DNA of 64,000 bases from Anaerolineales bacterium (GTDB lineage Bacteria; Chloroflexota; Anaerolineae; Anaerolineales; UBA11579), in the NCBI GenBank assembly GCA_019637805.1, contig JAHBVB010000002.1:916981-980980 (forward strand), read 5' to 3'. Below are positions 18,564 through 27,803 of the stretch, one piece after another; the stretch's first letter is position 1; the number at the start of each line of letters is the position of its first letter. A program made the translations under genes and the position numbers. Below the pieces are notes generated by a model. The model had not been told where the DNA came from and did not search any database. It saw nothing but the letters and a program-made list of their open reading frames with translations.

Positions 18564-19418
18564 TTAGGCAAAGCGGCGCAGCACGCCCTGCACTTGGGCC
18601 AGATAGCCGCTCCCAAACAGATTGAGGTGATTGAGCAGATGATAGAGGTTGTAGATCGGCAGGCGCTCACGCCAGCCCGGCGCCAAGTTGGCAGCTTCTG
18701 CGTAGGCCGCATAAAAAGCCGACGGAAAACCGCCAAACAGTACGGTCATGCCCAGTTCCGCCTCGGCCCAGCCGTAATGAGCCGCGGGGTCGATCAGCGC
18801 CGGCTGGCCCTGCGCATCGCTGATGGCGTTGCCCGCCCACAGGTCGCCGTGGATTAACACGGCAGGTTGGGCGGGCAGCAGCTGCGGCAGGCGCTGCGCC
18901 AAGCGCTCCACAGCCATCACATCGGCTGCCGCCAGCCGTCCAGCCTCGCGCGCCAAGCGCGCCTGGTACAGCAGGCGGTGCTGGGCGAAAAAGTCGTGGC
19001 CGTCGGCCGTCCAGGGGTTGGGCTGGGGCGTTGTGCCCAGGTAGTTGTCGTGTTCAAAGCCAAAGTGCGTATGGGGTTGGCTGTGCAGCGCCGCCAGTTG
19101 GCGGCCCAACGTCTGCCAGTAATCCGGAGCTTGCTCGGCAGGCGCCAGGTCCTCCAGCAGCAGGAAATCCGCGCCGCACAAGAAAACCTGCGGGATCCGC
19201 AGCGGACTGCACATCCCGCTCAGGGCCGCCAACCCCTCGGCCTCACGGGCAAACATATCCGCTGGGGCGGATGCATTGGTCTTCAGGAAATAGCCGGTCC
19301 CGTCGGCCATACGCAGCCGGGCGCCGTGATTGATGCAGCCACCGCCGACTGGTTGGCGGCTGTGCAGCTCCCCATGGCCGGCTTGCGCCAGCCAGTCGGC
19401 CACAGCCAGCGGGATCAC
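18564..19418 (-). CDS. Fructosamine/ketosamine-3-kinase family protein
   Basis: YFLKTN, LIHGDLWAGN and LYHLLNHLNLFG are typical of the FN3K family. Confidence 0.88.
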   Translation of the reverse strand: MIPLAVADWLAQAGHGELHSRQPVGGGCINHGARLRMADGTGYFLKTNASAPADMFAREAEGLAALSGMCSPLRIPQVFLCGADFLLLEDLAPAEQAPDYWQTLGRQLAALHSQPHTHFGFEHDNYLGTTPQPNPWTADGHDFFAQHRLLYQARLAREAGRLAAADVMAVERLAQRLPQLLPAQPAVLIHGDLWAGNAISDAQGQPALIDPAAHYGWAEAELGMTVLFGGFPSAFYAAYAEAANLAPGWRERLPIYNLYHLLNHLNLFGSGYLAQVQGVLRRFA

Positions 19419-19909
19419 GCCGGGGTCAGGCGGCCCGCTTCCAGCTCGGCCAACAGCTGTTCCACGCTGCGCTCGATGATGTCATAGGCGTCGTCAAAAC
19501 CATTCGGGCCGGCATACCAGGGATCCGGCACGGTCATGTCTCCGCCGGCTTGCGGGTCAAACTCGCGCATTAGCCGAATTTTGGCGCGCTGCTCCGTATT
19601 CTGGGCCAGGGCTTCCAGGTTGAGCTTGTTCTGCGGGTCCATGGCGATGATCAGGTCAAAGCTGTCCAGGTCGGCCGCTTTCACCTGGCGGGCGCGGTCG
19701 GTGTAGTGAAAGCCGCGGCGGGCGGCGGTGCGCACCATGCGCTCATCCGGCGGCTCGCCCACATGCCAGTCGCCTGTGCCGGCCGAATCAACCGCGTACT
19801 TCTCAGCCAGCCCCGCTTCGGCGGCCTTGTGCTCAAACAAGCGCGCCCCCAAAGGGCTGCGAATGATATTGCCAAGACAAACAAACAAGACGCGCGTCGG
19901 TTCAGTCAT
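19415..19909 (-). CDS. Low-molecular-weight phosphotyrosine protein phosphatase family
   Basis: VLFVCLGNIIRSP is the C-x5-R-S P-loop, and VPDPWY carries the Asp loop. It has a 4-nt overlap with the FN3K gene. Confidence 0.9.
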   Translation of the reverse strand: MTEPTRVLFVCLGNIIRSPLGARLFEHKAAEAGLAEKYAVDSAGTGDWHVGEPPDERMVRTAARRGFHYTDRARQVKAADLDSFDLIIAMDPQNKLNLEALAQNTEQRAKIRLMREFDPQAGGDMTVPDPWYAGPNGFDDAYDIIERSVEQLLAELEAGRLTPA

Positions 19910-19918
19910 AAGACAATT

Positions 19919-22222
19919 CTATCGCTTGCTTGCCTTGGGCTTGGCGGCAGCCTTCTTCGGTGCGTCAGCCTCCTGATAGGCAGCTGCGTCCAAAGCCGCC
20001 ACAGCCGCCATATTGACGATGTCGCGCACTTCGTCGCCGGTCTGCAGCACCTGGATCGGCGCGCCCAGCCCCAACAAGATCGGGCCAATCGTCTGGGCCT
20101 TGCCCAGCCGGTTGAGCAGCTTGTAGCTGATGTTGGCCGCCTCCAACGAAGGGAAGACCAGCACATTGGCATTTTGCACCCGGCTGAAGGGATAACGCTG
20201 ATCAACGATCTCCGCCACCACGGCGGTGTCGGCCTGCATCTCGCCGTCCACCAGCAGATCCGGACGGCGCTGGCGCACCAGCTCCACCGCATCACGCACC
20301 TTGGACGAGGAAGGGTGCGGCGTGCTGCCGAAGTTGGAGAACGACAGCATCGCCACGCGCGGCTCCAAACCGATCTTCTGGGCAAAATCAGCGGCCAGGA
20401 TGGCGATGTCCGCCAAGGCATGTTTGTCGGGGTCAATGTTGACCGTGGCGTCTGTGAAGAGATAGACGCGCTGTTCGACGATCATGATGTACACGCCGCA
20501 CACCAGGTTGACGTCCGGAGCGGTGTGGTGCACCTGCAGCGCCGGACGGATCACTTCGGGGTATTCGAAGGTGCGCCCGGAAACCATCGCATCCGCATCA
20601 CCCAGTTTGACCATCATGGCGCCGAACACATTGCGGTCACGCATCTGCTTTTCAGCATTGGCCAGGGTGCCGCCCCGGCGCTGGCGCAGCTGGTACAAGT
20701 CTTCTGTGTATTCCGGCATGCGCTCAAAGTTGCGGATGTCCACCACCTCCGGCTCGTAACGCAGGCCCAGCTGCTGCAGCTCTTCGGCCAGCACTTCCGG
20801 CCGGGCGATAAGGATCGGGTGGGCAATGCCCTCCTGCTCCAGCTGAGCCGCGGCGCGCAACACCTTGCTGTCCTCACCCTCGGGGAAGACCACGCGCATC
20901 AGCTTGGGCAGCTGTTTGGCCCGGTTCATGAAGTACTGGCGCACCTGCTGGCCGCGGCCCTGGCGCGCCGCCAGATCGTCGCGGTACTTTTCAATATCGA
21001 CCTGAATACGCGCCACTCCGCTGCGCATGGCCGCTTCGGCCACAGCCGGCGCCTCCCATAGCAGCACGCGCGGGTCAAACGGCGTGGGGATGATGTAGTC
21101 CGGCCCAAACTTGAGCGAGCCTACGCCGTAGGCGCGCAGCACCGAATCAGGCACGTCTTCCTTTGCCAGGGCGGCCAGCGATTTGGCCGCCGCCACCTTC
21201 ATATCCTCGTTGATATGCGTGGCGCGCACATCCAGCGCGCCGCGGAAGATGAAGGGGAAACCCAGCACGTTATTGATCTGGTTGGGATAGTCCGAGCGTC
21301 CGGTGGCCACGATGGCGTCCGGGCGGGCCGCTTTGGCCACTTCGTAGCGGATCTCAGGGTCAGGGTTGGCCATGGCAAAGATCAACGGCTGCTTGGCCAT
21401 GGTCTTGACCATTTCCGGCTTGAGCACGTCGGCCACCGAAAGGCCGTAGAAAACATCCGCATCCTTGACCGCATCGGCCAGGCTGCGGGCATCCGTCTTC
21501 GCCATGAACTCACGTTTGTATTGGTTGATGTCGTCACGTCCGCTGTGCACCACGCCGCGGCTGTCCACCAGCAAAATGTTCTCGCGCTTGGCGCCCAACA
21601 GCACCGCCATGCGCGCGCAGGAGATGGCCGAGGCGCCGGCGCCGGAGACGACGATGCGCGTCTTGGCGATGTCCTTGCCCACCAGTTCCAGAGCGTTCAG
21701 CAGGCCGGCGCCGGAGATGATCGCCGTGCCGTGCTGGTCATCGTGAAAGACGGGGATATCCAGCGCCTCTTCCAACCGGCGCTCCACTTCGAAGCATTCC
21801 GGGGATTTGATGTCCTCCAGGTTGATGCCGCCAAAGGTGGGCGCGATGGCGCTGACGACCTGGATGATCTCTTCCACGGTCTTGGCGTTGATCTCAATAT
21901 CAAAGACATCAATATCAGCAAATTTCTTGAAGAGCACCCCTTTGCCTTCCATCACCGGTTTGGAGGCCAGCGGGCCTTTATTGCCCAGGCCCAAAATGGC
22001 CGTGCCATTGGAGACCACCGCCACCAGGTTGCCCTTGCTGGTGTACTGGTAGGCGGCATCCGGATCTCGGGCGATCTCCAACACCGGTTCAGCGACGCCG
22101 GGGGTATACGCCAGGCCCAGGTCGCGCTGGGTGTCCAGCGGTTTGGTGGGCAGAATGGAGATCTTGCCGGGTTTGTTGTCTAAATGATGGTACTCCAGGG
22201 CTTCTTTACGCAGATTGTCCAC
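19919..22222 (-). CDS. maeB: NADP-dependent malic enzyme with a C-terminal phosphotransacetylase-like domain
   Basis: 767 aa. It has the malic enzyme N-terminus ([29 protein letters not shown]) and a PTA-like C-terminal half. The start codon is GTG, preceded by GGAG. Confidence 0.92.
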   Translation of the reverse strand: MDNLRKEALEYHHLDNKPGKISILPTKPLDTQRDLGLAYTPGVAEPVLEIARDPDAAYQYTSKGNLVAVVSNGTAILGLGNKGPLASKPVMEGKGVLFKKFADIDVFDIEINAKTVEEIIQVVSAIAPTFGGINLEDIKSPECFEVERRLEEALDIPVFHDDQHGTAIISGAGLLNALELVGKDIAKTRIVVSGAGASAISCARMAVLLGAKRENILLVDSRGVVHSGRDDINQYKREFMAKTDARSLADAVKDADVFYGLSVADVLKPEMVKTMAKQPLIFAMANPDPEIRYEVAKAARPDAIVATGRSDYPNQINNVLGFPFIFRGALDVRATHINEDMKVAAAKSLAALAKEDVPDSVLRAYGVGSLKFGPDYIIPTPFDPRVLLWEAPAVAEAAMRSGVARIQVDIEKYRDDLAARQGRGQQVRQYFMNRAKQLPKLMRVVFPEGEDSKVLRAAAQLEQEGIAHPILIARPEVLAEELQQLGLRYEPEVVDIRNFERMPEYTEDLYQLRQRRGGTLANAEKQMRDRNVFGAMMVKLGDADAMVSGRTFEYPEVIRPALQVHHTAPDVNLVCGVYIMIVEQRVYLFTDATVNIDPDKHALADIAILAADFAQKIGLEPRVAMLSFSNFGSTPHPSSSKVRDAVELVRQRRPDLLVDGEMQADTAVVAEIVDQRYPFSRVQNANVLVFPSLEAANISYKLLNRLGKAQTIGPILLGLGAPIQVLQTGDEVRDIVNMAAVAALDAAAYQEADAPKKAAAKPKASKR

Positions 22223-22382
22223 AAATAACTCCAGTCGCTACAACAACCACTATGCAGGGGAAAACGTGCACCTATTGTAGTAGCCTTGCGCGCAATTCAA
22301 AGGGGTCGTTTGAACTGAATTTATGGGACGCGCGCCATTCCGCAAGCCATCAAAATGCGCACATGGTACACTGCTCATTCCG

Positions 22383-22398
22383 CTGGCAACAATGCCAG
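22383..22398 (+). promoter_or_regulatory. Perfect palindrome CTGGCA-ACAA-TGCCAG upstream of recA (operator or 5' UTR hairpin)
   Basis: A 6-4-6 inverted repeat followed by TTTT, ending 53 nt before the recA ATG. It has CTG-N10-CAG geometry. Confidence 0.3.
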
Positions 22399-22450
22399 TT
22401 TTACTTCATACTTACTTGCAACCAAATCCGAACTACCTTACTCAACTCAC

Positions 22451-23476
22451 ATGGCAGACGACAAAAAACACGCCCTTGAACAGGCTTTAAGCCAAATCAC
22501 CAAGCGTTATGGAGAAGGCTCGATCATGCGCCTGGGCGAATCGACCCAGATGGTGGTTGAGAGCATCCCCACCGGCGCCCTATCGCTCGATATTGCCTTG
22601 GGCGTCGGCGGCATCCCGCGCGGCCGGGTAACCGAGATCTACGGCCCGGAATCCGCCGGCAAGACCACCATCTGCCAGCACATCGTGGCCGAGGTGCAGA
22701 AGCGCGGCGGCACGGCCGCCTTCATCGACATGGAACATGCTCTCGACCCCAGCTACGCCGCCCGCTGCGGTGTGGATGTGGAAAAGCTGCTGGTCTCCCA
22801 ACCGGACACTGGCGAGCAAGCTCTCGAGATTGCCGAAGCGCTGGTGCGCTCCGGCGCGGTGGACCTGGTGGTGATCGACTCGGTGGCGGCCCTGGTGCCG
22901 CGTTCCGAGATCGAAGGCGACATGGGCGATGCCACCATGGGCATGCAGGCGCGGCTGATGTCGCAAGCGCTGCGCAAGCTCTCCGGCGCCATCAAGCAGA
23001 CCAACACGGCGGTGGTGTTCACCAACCAGCTGCGCCAGAAGATCGGCGTCATGTTCGGCAACCCCGAAACCACCACCGGCGGCATGGCGCTCAAGTTCTA
23101 CGCCTCGGTGCGCATGGACGTGCGCCGCGTGCAGTCCATCAAAGAAGGCCAGGAAATTGTGGGCAACCGCACCCGCGTGCGCATTGTCAAGAATAAGGTC
23201 TCGGCCCCCTTCCGGACGGCCGAATTTGATATCATGTATAATGAAGGTATCTCCCGGTCTGGTGACCTGCTGGACTTGGCGACACAGTTGGACATCATTG
23301 CCAAGCGCGGGTCTTTCTACCAATATAAGGAAGAGCGCTTGGGACAGGGGCGTGAGAATGCGAAAGCATTCTTGCGTGACAACGCAGAAATGGCGGCCGA
23401 AATTGAAGCGCAAGTGCGCACCCAGGCTCAATCGATGATGAACCTGGGTCTGGATGAGGATGATCCTCAGGAATAA
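22451..23476 (+). CDS. recA: Recombinase RecA
   Basis: [30 protein letters not shown], the GPESAGKTT Walker A motif and [11 protein letters not shown] moved the start to the ATG at 22451. Confidence 0.97.
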   Translation: MADDKKHALEQALSQITKRYGEGSIMRLGESTQMVVESIPTGALSLDIALGVGGIPRGRVTEIYGPESAGKTTICQHIVAEVQKRGGTAAFIDMEHALDPSYAARCGVDVEKLLVSQPDTGEQALEIAEALVRSGAVDLVVIDSVAALVPRSEIEGDMGDATMGMQARLMSQALRKLSGAIKQTNTAVVFTNQLRQKIGVMFGNPETTTGGMALKFYASVRMDVRRVQSIKEGQEIVGNRTRVRIVKNKVSAPFRTAEFDIMYNEGISRSGDLLDLATQLDIIAKRGSFYQYKEERLGQGRENAKAFLRDNAEMAAEIEAQVRTQAQSMMNLGLDEDDPQE

Positions 23477-23666
23477 CTCGGCTGCAGCACAGAACCACGG
23501 CTGCGCCGCCTGCTGCGAGCACACTACACTTGGAACGTCCTGCTTGCAGGACACTGAAACGAGATTACTAAGGGTTTTTGCGAGGTCTTGTGCCCGTCAG
23601 GAGCGCAGCTTTCGCCTCCGTCTGACCATAGGTTAGGCCTCGCCTATCCAAGTGAGTTAATGCGCA

Positions 23667-23704
23667 GCAGCCGTAGCCGCACACAGCGGAGTACGGCTGC
23701 TTTT
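23667..23704 (+). terminator. Intrinsic terminator or attenuator between recA and recX
   Basis: GCAGCCGTAgccgcacacagcggagTACGGCTGC followed by TTTT. The T-tract ends 7 nt before the recX ATG. Confidence 0.65.
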
Positions 23705-23711
23705 GATTAAC

Positions 23712-24338
23712 ATGGCGACAATTACGGCGATCAAACAACAGAAGCGCAATCCGCAGCGGGTCAACCTGTACCTGGACGGCGAATACGCCTTTCCCCTGGC
23801 CAAGATCGTGGCTGCCTGGCTTAAGGTAGGCCAGGAGCTGGATGCGCAAAAGATCGCCTCTCTGCAAAACAATGATGCAGCCGAGAAGGCTTTCCAACGC
23901 GCCTTGCTGTTTATCAGCTATCGCCCGCGCTCACGCGCCGAGGTGGAACGCCGGCTGAGGGAGCAGCAGACCTCAGCAGAGCTGGCAGCCGGCATCATCG
24001 CCCGCCTGGAAGAAGGCGGCCTGCTGGACGACGCCGACTTTGCCCGGCGCTGGGTGGCGGACCGGGTTGAGCTGCACCCGCGCGCCGCCCGCCTGATACG
24101 CTTGGAACTGCGCCAGAAAGGCGTCGCAGAAGACCTGATCGCTGAAGCCCTGGAAGGCCTGGATGAAAGCCAGCTGGCTCTGCAGGCCGCTCGGCGTAAG
24201 GCGCACCAACTGGCCCGCCTTGATTGGCAGGCCTTCCGCACGAAATTATCCGCCCATTTGGGCCGCCGCGGCTTTGACTACCACAGCGCGGCCGAAGCTT
24301 GCCAGGCAGTCTGGCAAGAGCTGCAAGCAACTCACTAA
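23712..24338 (+). CDS. recX: Recombination regulator RecX
   Basis: MATITAIKQQKRNPQRVNLYLDGEYAF plus three-helix repeats (ALLFISYRPRSRAEVERRL). It lies downstream of recA. I preferred the ATG at 23712 over the TTG at 23703. Confidence 0.88.
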   Translation: MATITAIKQQKRNPQRVNLYLDGEYAFPLAKIVAAWLKVGQELDAQKIASLQNNDAAEKAFQRALLFISYRPRSRAEVERRLREQQTSAELAAGIIARLEEGGLLDDADFARRWVADRVELHPRAARLIRLELRQKGVAEDLIAEALEGLDESQLALQAARRKAHQLARLDWQAFRTKLSAHLGRRGFDYHSAAEACQAVWQELQATH

Positions 24339-24355
24339 CATACAAGGAAAGTTCT

Positions 24356-25879
24356 ATGGAAAACAGTCAACTCTTTTTGATCGGAGCGGGTGTGGTGGGA
24401 GCCATTCTTGGCTTTGTCGCAAAGCACCTGCAAGTGGAAGGCGCCAAGCGCCGCCTGAAAGAGGAAGCCGACCGCATCGTTCAGGATGCCAAGGAAGAAG
24501 CCAAGGTCATTCAGGTAACCGCCAAGAACGAAGCTCTGGAGACCAGGCAGCGCGCCGAGGCGGATATTGACCGCAAGCGCAAGGACCTCAGCCGCGAGGA
24601 TGATCGCCTGCGTCAGCGCCGCACGGAACTGGACAAACGCACCGAGCGGCTGGAAGAACGCGACCAGACCTTGAACAAGCGCCAGTCCGCTCTGGACAAC
24701 AAAACCAACGAGATCGAAAAGCAGCGTCAAGAGATCGTGCAAAAACTCGAATCCGTCTCTTCCATGACACGTGAAGACGCCCGCAAAGTGCTGATGGATG
24801 AGGTCGAACGCGAGTCACGCGGCGACATGGCCCGGGTCATCCGCGCCATCGAGAACGAAGCCAAGGAAGAGGGCGAAAAGAAAGCCCGCAACATTATCTC
24901 CCTGGCCATCCAGCGCGTCGCCAGCGAACACGTCTCGGAAACCACCACTTCGGTGGTGACCCTGCCCTCGGATGAAATGAAGGGCCGCATCATCGGCCGC
25001 AACGGCCGCAACATCCGCTCCTTCGAGCAGGCCGCCGGTGTGGACGTAGTGGTGGACGACACCCCAGAAGCCGTCACCATCTCCAGCTTTGACCCGGTAC
25101 GCCGCGAGGTGGCCAAGCGCGCCCTGGCCAAGCTGGTCACCGACGGCCGCATTCACCCCGCCAGCATTGAAAAGACCTTGAAGAAAGAACAGGATGATGT
25201 AGAGAAGGCCATCATCGAAGCTGGCGAGCAAGCCGTCTTTGACGCTGGCATCCCCAACCTGCACCGCGAGATCGTCAAGATGCTGGGCCGCTTGCAGTTC
25301 CGCACCTCCTATGGGCAAAACCAGTTGCACCATGCCGTGGAAACCTCACGCATTGCGGCGGTGATCGCTTCCGAGCTGGGCGCCAACGTGGAGATCGCCA
25401 AAGTCGGCGGCCTGCTGCATGACTTGGGCAAGGCCATGGACCACAATGTGGAAGGCACGCATGCCGCCATCGGCGCCGAATTCGTGCGCCGCTACGGCAT
25501 CAACCCCGTGGTGGTCAACGCTATCGCTGCCCACCACCACGAAGTGGAGCAAGAGAGCGTGGAAGCCGCCATCGTCGAGTCCGCCGATGCCATCTCCGGC
25601 GCCCGCCCCGGCGCCCGCCGCGAAAGCCTGGAGCAGTACATCAAGCGCATCAAGGCCCTCGAAGACATCGCCAATTCTTACAAGGGCGTCGAGCAGAGCT
25701 ACGCGCTGCAGGCCGGGCGTGAAGTGCGCATATTCGTCAAGCCGGAAGTGGTGGACGACCTGGAAGCCACCCGCATGTCTCGCGACATCGCCAAGCAGAT
25801 CGAGGAGACCATGCAGTACCCCGGTCAGATCAAAGTCACCGTGCTGCGTGAAACTCGCGCCGTCGACTTCGCCAAATAA
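24356..25879 (+). CDS. rny: Ribonuclease Y
   Basis: N-terminal TM helix, a long Glu/Lys/Arg coiled coil, a KH domain (GRIIGRNGRNIRSFE) and an HD domain (GLLHDLGK, AAHHHE). The start is MENSQLFLIG at 24356. Confidence 0.95.
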   Translation: MENSQLFLIGAGVVGAILGFVAKHLQVEGAKRRLKEEADRIVQDAKEEAKVIQVTAKNEALETRQRAEADIDRKRKDLSREDDRLRQRRTELDKRTERLEERDQTLNKRQSALDNKTNEIEKQRQEIVQKLESVSSMTREDARKVLMDEVERESRGDMARVIRAIENEAKEEGEKKARNIISLAIQRVASEHVSETTTSVVTLPSDEMKGRIIGRNGRNIRSFEQAAGVDVVVDDTPEAVTISSFDPVRREVAKRALAKLVTDGRIHPASIEKTLKKEQDDVEKAIIEAGEQAVFDAGIPNLHREIVKMLGRLQFRTSYGQNQLHHAVETSRIAAVIASELGANVEIAKVGGLLHDLGKAMDHNVEGTHAAIGAEFVRRYGINPVVVNAIAAHHHEVEQESVEAAIVESADAISGARPGARRESLEQYIKRIKALEDIANSYKGVEQSYALQAGREVRIFVKPEVVDDLEATRMSRDIAKQIEETMQYPGQIKVTVLRETRAVDFAK

Positions 25880-25911
25880 CAAAAGCCAACGCGGCCAAGC
25901 AATCTGCATCC

Positions 25912-25944
25912 AAAGAGGCAGCCAAATGGCTGCCTCTTTCTTTT
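25912..25944 (+). terminator. Intrinsic terminator after rny
   Basis: AAAGAGGCAGCCaaatGGCTGCCTCTTTcTTTT, a 12-bp stem plus a T tract. Confidence 0.85.
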
Positions 25945-26005
25945 GCTCAGTTCGCCCCAAACTGCCAACGCTGAGGTGGCATTTTTACCGCCTCAGCAGT
26001 ACCCG

Positions 26006-26467
26006 CTAGCTCTTGCGCTTGCGGGTGGCGCCGGCTTGCGCCTCCTGGCGGAAGCTGCGCAGGTGATACAGCCAAAGCGCGGCTGTGACCGCCAGATTGG
26101 CAAAGGCGGAGGCCAATGCCCACGCCTGCCCCTCACCCAGCTGCAGCAACAAGCGGGCGGCCGAACTGAGCGTATTGGTGCCGTGCACCAGCAGGCCGAT
26201 CACCAGCAGACTGCTGGCCAGGAACATTTGGAAATACGCCAGGTTGTGCCCGTCCGCCGCACGCCGGCTCAGCAGCATGCGCCAATGTACCCACCAGATC
26301 ACCCCGGCCACCGCCGCCAGGCTGAGGGAGCCTACCGTCTCATTCAATTGCCAGGAATAACTGGAGCCTTCCAGAACCGCCGCAAGACCACCAATCCCCA
26401 ACATGGCCGGCAAGTAAAAGATTGCCAACCCAAAGCAGCTAACCAGGAATACGTAGAAAACGAACAT
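26006..26467 (-). CDS. Hypothetical 4-TM membrane protein
   Basis: 153 aa, four hydrophobic segments and a basic C-terminus. I recognise no family. It has a good RBS (GGAAAGGAG) and its own promoter/operator region. Confidence 0.6.
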   Translation of the reverse strand: MFVFYVFLVSCFGLAIFYLPAMLGIGGLAAVLEGSSYSWQLNETVGSLSLAAVAGVIWWVHWRMLLSRRAADGHNLAYFQMFLASSLLVIGLLVHGTNTLSSAARLLLQLGEGQAWALASAFANLAVTAALWLYHLRSFRQEAQAGATRKRKS

Positions 26468-26512
26468 CTCACGCTCCTTTCCCTAAGGCGAACCAAAGCG
26501 ACTTACATGTGC

Positions 26513-26548
26513 ATTATATCACAATATTGTGAAAAATATCACATGTGA
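26513..26548 (-). promoter_or_regulatory. Promoter -10 box plus four alternating TCACA/TGTGA half-sites (CRP/FNR-type operator cluster)
   Basis: The minus strand has TATAAT at 26518..26513. The plus strand at 26519..26548 reads TCACAatatTGTGAaaaataTCACATGTGA. This contains three perfect palindromes: TCACAATATTGTGA, TGTGA-N6-TCACA and TCACATGTGA. The patch is AT-rich within a GC-rich genome. Confidence 0.6.
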
Positions 26549-26558
26549 ACTTGCGAAC

Positions 26559-26581
26559 AAAAAGGCAGCCTCGCGGCTGCC
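26559..26581 (-). terminator. Intrinsic terminator after the DinB-family gene
   Basis: The minus strand reads GGCAGCCgcgaGGCTGCC followed by TTTTTG. It lies 26 nt downstream of the stop at 26607. Confidence 0.8.
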
Positions 26582-26606
26582 GTTCTGCTTACAAAGCTAA
26601 AGTCGG

Positions 26607-27116
26607 TTAGCTGGCGAGCTTCTCTCGCACATACAGCGCGTAGTCCAGATCACCAGGCGACTGGTCAAACTCGGTCAGCATCTGGGCCGCCTCTGAGCGG
26701 TGCTGGGCGCTGTGAAACAACAGCTGGTACAGGAAATCACGCCGCACGCGCGTAATCTCCTCGCCGCGCGAAGTGGTATAGCTTACCGAACCGGCCAGGG
26801 TCTCATCATCCACACCAGCCAAATACGTTCGCATCAACCCCTCTTCCTCCTGCCACGCATCTCGCAGGGCGATCGCATCGGCGAAATCCTCTGCCTTTAG
26901 GCCGGCCGTGACCGCCTCCCCCACCAGGCGTTTACGATAGGCCCACTCTGCCGAAAACGCGTGAACCAAAGTTTCCTTCAGCGAGCCCATCGGGAAACGG
27001 CTGTCCTGTTCCAGCTGCTCCGTGCTCAGTGCGGCCGCCCGGTCCAGAACGATCGTGCGAGCCCAGCAAGTAAAATCGTACAAAGTGATTAGTTGATCGC
27101 GCAGTGCAGTAGCCAT
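26607..27116 (-). CDS. DinB-family (four-helix-bundle metalloenzyme-like) protein
   Basis: MATALRDQLITLYDFTCWARTIVL..LVHAFSAEWAY..LLFHSAQHRSE fits the DinB/YfiT His-triad helix pattern. The start at 27116 abuts the upstream stop. Confidence 0.7.
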   Translation of the reverse strand: MATALRDQLITLYDFTCWARTIVLDRAAALSTEQLEQDSRFPMGSLKETLVHAFSAEWAYRKRLVGEAVTAGLKAEDFADAIALRDAWQEEEGLMRTYLAGVDDETLAGSVSYTTSRGEEITRVRRDFLYQLLFHSAQHRSEAAQMLTEFDQSPGDLDYALYVREKLAS

Positions 27117-27117
27117 G

Positions 27118-27756
27118 TCACTCCTGTAAAAAGGGATTGAATTCTCTTTCCTGGCCCACGGTCGTGCTTGGCCCGTGGCCGGGCAAAAGACGCACATCAT
27201 CCGGCAGGCTCAGCACCTCCCGGCGGATACTTTCCAGCAAAGTGGCATGGTCCGCCCCGGGCAGATCGGTACGCCCCACACTCATCTGAAAAATGACATC
27301 GCCACTGAACATCAGCGCCTGGCTGGGCACATAAAACATGACGTGCCCGCGGGTGTGTCCCGGGGCAAAGCGCACCTGCACCTCCACGTCACCGATATAC
27401 AGCGTCTGGCCGTGCGCCAGATCCACCGTGGGCTCAGGACCGGGGTCGAACTGCAAGCCAAACTTCGACGCCCCGCCCCCGGCCCGCCACAGCACATAAT
27501 CTGCCGGGTGCAGGGCCACGGGCGGCGGCGGGTCACTGCCGTCTGCCAACGCCGCCGCCCCGCCGAAGTGGTCCCAGTGGGCATGCGTCAGCCAGATCGT
27601 GGTCACTCGCCAGCCGCGCTGGCGCGCCGCGTCCAAAATGACGTGGCCGTCCCAGGATGGGTCGATCGCCACTGCTTCGCGGCTGCCGGCGGCCGCCACC
27701 AAAAAGGCATTGGTCTGCGCCGGGCCAAGCGTGAACTGCACAATTTCCAGAGACAT
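27118..27756 (-). CDS. MBL-fold metallo-hydrolase (glyoxalase II-like)
   Basis: THAHWDHFGG (the HxHxDH motif) and PGHTRGH. Confidence 0.85.
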   Translation of the reverse strand: MSLEIVQFTLGPAQTNAFLVAAAGSREAVAIDPSWDGHVILDAARQRGWRVTTIWLTHAHWDHFGGAAALADGSDPPPPVALHPADYVLWRAGGGASKFGLQFDPGPEPTVDLAHGQTLYIGDVEVQVRFAPGHTRGHVMFYVPSQALMFSGDVIFQMSVGRTDLPGADHATLLESIRREVLSLPDDVRLLPGHGPSTTVGQEREFNPFLQE

Positions 27757-27803
27757 CAGGTGGGATTATACTTTGATGGTCAAACAACCCCGTAGGAGCT
27801 TGC

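Noticed and set aside
22223-22450. A Gram-positive/Dehalococcoides-type LexA box (GAAC-N4-GTTC) upstream of recA
   Set aside because: GAAC occurs twice (near 22312 and 22430), but neither copy has a GTTC partner at the correct spacing.
25970-25997. A second hairpin (GCTGAGGTGGcatttttaCCGCCTCAGC) between the convergent rny and the membrane-protein gene, considered as a terminator for the minus-strand gene
   Set aside because: The stem is good (10 bp with one G-U pair), but there is no clear U tract after it on the minus strand (GTTGGCAGTTTGG). It is too ambiguous to annotate.
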